64,000 nucleotides of DNA from Styela clava (Eukaryota). This document shows positions 58,625 to 64,000 of the stretch, in pieces; position 1 is the stretch's first letter, and each line of letters begins with the position of its first letter. The stretch lies in NCBI RefSeq assembly GCF_964204865.1, contig NC_135254.1:13454001-13518000 (forward strand), read 5' to 3'. A program made the position numbers and the translations under genes. The notes beneath the pieces were generated by a model that ran no database searches, was not told the DNA's origin, and was given only the letters and a program-made list of their open reading frames with translations.

Positions 58625-60051
58625 AGGGTATACAGATCTAGTGTCACTGAGTGTGAAAATAAGCTTTTCAGTTCCAATTCACTATTCATCACTGTTTTAG
58701 TGGCAAGCTATATTTCATAGAACAACAGTCACCGATACTTCGAAATGAGTTTTGGACATGTTTTTACTAGAGTCTGAGCTGGATTTCAATATTGAAACCA
58801 ACCAGAGATGAAAAGAAGTTGGAATTTCATACTTCAAAATTCTAAACATTCTTCAGAAACTCAAGCAGCATCACTTTTGTGGACATTGTTCTAAAGAAGG
58901 CTTGCGTGGACTAACGTTTTGTAATCAAAGTACAATTTTTTCAGAGTTGAAGTCGAAATTGTCCAAAATTCAGAGCCAGAGTCAAATTTTTCTCATCCCA
59001 CAGCCCTACTGTGAAAGCAAAGAATATGGTATAGCCAGACTAACAAATGGTTTTACGGCGGGAACTTTTCACCATGTGCTACCAACATAGCTATGTTAGC
59101 AAGCAGTTACACGAAGGTGGGTAGTATGTCAAACACAGCAACAGCCAGGCCGTCAATACAGTTTCAGTGGAAACAAACAATCCAGTCTATGTAAGAGTTA
59201 CGGAAAAATCACAAATCGACTGTTGCCCTATCACACGAGTCCTGCCAAATTTGCCAGGGACTATTTTTACTTTAATAATTTGTAATCGATACAAAGACTA
59301 AATCAATAATTTTAGCTTGACCCTCATGGATATATATTTCTCACTAATAGTAGAATATGAAACAAGTCTATTGAATCTACTTTTATTTCAAAGTAAAATG
59401 CCATAAAAAGAAAAGCACAGACAAACAAAATTACTATAATGAATGTTATGGCTATACAATGTACACTACAAAACATGAAAAATAATAGAGGAAACTAATG
59501 ATTGCTAATCACAGAAGCACCATAATAGCATGTGAGAAAGCCCCACAAAGAGATGATTGTCTCATGCAGGTTGGAAAGAAAGAGGCCCTCTACAGTTCCA
59601 AAATATATCATAAGAGCCTTAGATGATAATTTGTCATCATGCTTGCAGAATAATGGTCGACAATTCACTTTGCTTGTAAAACGTGCCAACTGCCCCTGGT
59701 ATTTTTTTGTTCCTCTTATCCAGCTGATCCCACACCACCCAAAAGTATGGGACGACTAGGACTTTTATCATTTGTTCACTATGTCCCACGTGCCCCACTC
59801 GTATCATTTATCCCACATCACCCACCCAAGTGTGGGACAAGTGAACATGTGAGACACAACATTTTCCTAGACATTGTGATGATAAATGGATTGTGGCTAC
59901 AATTTAGACCCAGTGAGATTCTACCAATAATACCCATCATATTCAGCATTACTAACAAACAAAATCAAAAATTCAAACAATATTAGAAAGTCTGAGAATC
60001 CATTTGTTTTTAAACAAAATATCATTAAAATTCAATATACAAATGACAACC

Positions 60052-63484
<3,433 letters not shown>

Positions 63485-64000
63485 TCAAATTGATATTTAA
63501 ATCCAAAAACTATAAATATATCATTGAAGAAAAGTCTTCCTATATATTACTAAAGCTTTGTTTATGTTTATTTTCTATTCATATCTGAAAGGAGGTGCAG
63601 TTTTGAATATGTCTGAGACGAATCCTGTGAAAATTTTACAAATTCTGCCAAAATAGATGATAGTTTTATTATATATTATGGCAGCTAAACCCATCAATGA
63701 TAAAATAAATCAAATATTAAACACATTTCCAAATTTGAATAAAACCAAAAAAATGGCTTCCAAGCCCCGCGGAAATATAAGGAATCTTCAAACCTCAATC
63801 ACATGGGAAGCTAATATTATCAGAAAGACTGTAATATTTCCAGATCGGCATACCTGCCTAGTCCATTTAAGCTCTCGGTAAGATGGCGTGCCCACAAATA
63901 TAATTTGTTCATCTATGTGTAATAACGTCATCGAAAAAAATGTACTGACAATAATATTTCTTTTAATATAAATATAATTTGTTGTAAAACAAACCTCTTC

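Overview
AT-rich eukaryotic (metazoan) genomic DNA with short GT-AG introns. The chordate-like proteins and compact gene layout suggest an ascidian/tunicate, but that is inference. I assembled seven host genes by hand from splice sites and reading frames: (1) an orphan 117-aa single-pass membrane protein ending in an acidic dileucine motif (+); (2) a 13-exon SLC38/SNAT amino-acid transporter (-); (3) EXOSC2/RRP4 (-); (4) a secreted, non-canonical C-type lectin (-); (5) a PARP2 with an intronless CDS (-); (6) an 85-aa CDC42 small effector that the ORF track misses (+); and (7) the 3' kinase exons of PASK (-), which continues beyond the window. The intergenic space is dense in transposons: an internally deleted PIF/Harbinger element carrying a spliced MADF gene, a decayed THAP-bearing (probably ISL2EU-like) element, and a nest of LINE > hAT(Buster/Charlie) > Helentron-type HINE. 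A second, inverted HINE copy, tRNA-derived SINEs and several MITE families are also present. The most unexpected signals are transposon excision scars. The same 17-20-nt sequence, flanked by unrelated 7-8-bp duplications, sits at two independent sites and resembles a P-element footprint. TA>TACCGGTA insertions cluster near putative gene 5' ends. A DR1-like motif is shared between two gene upstream regions and a transposon.
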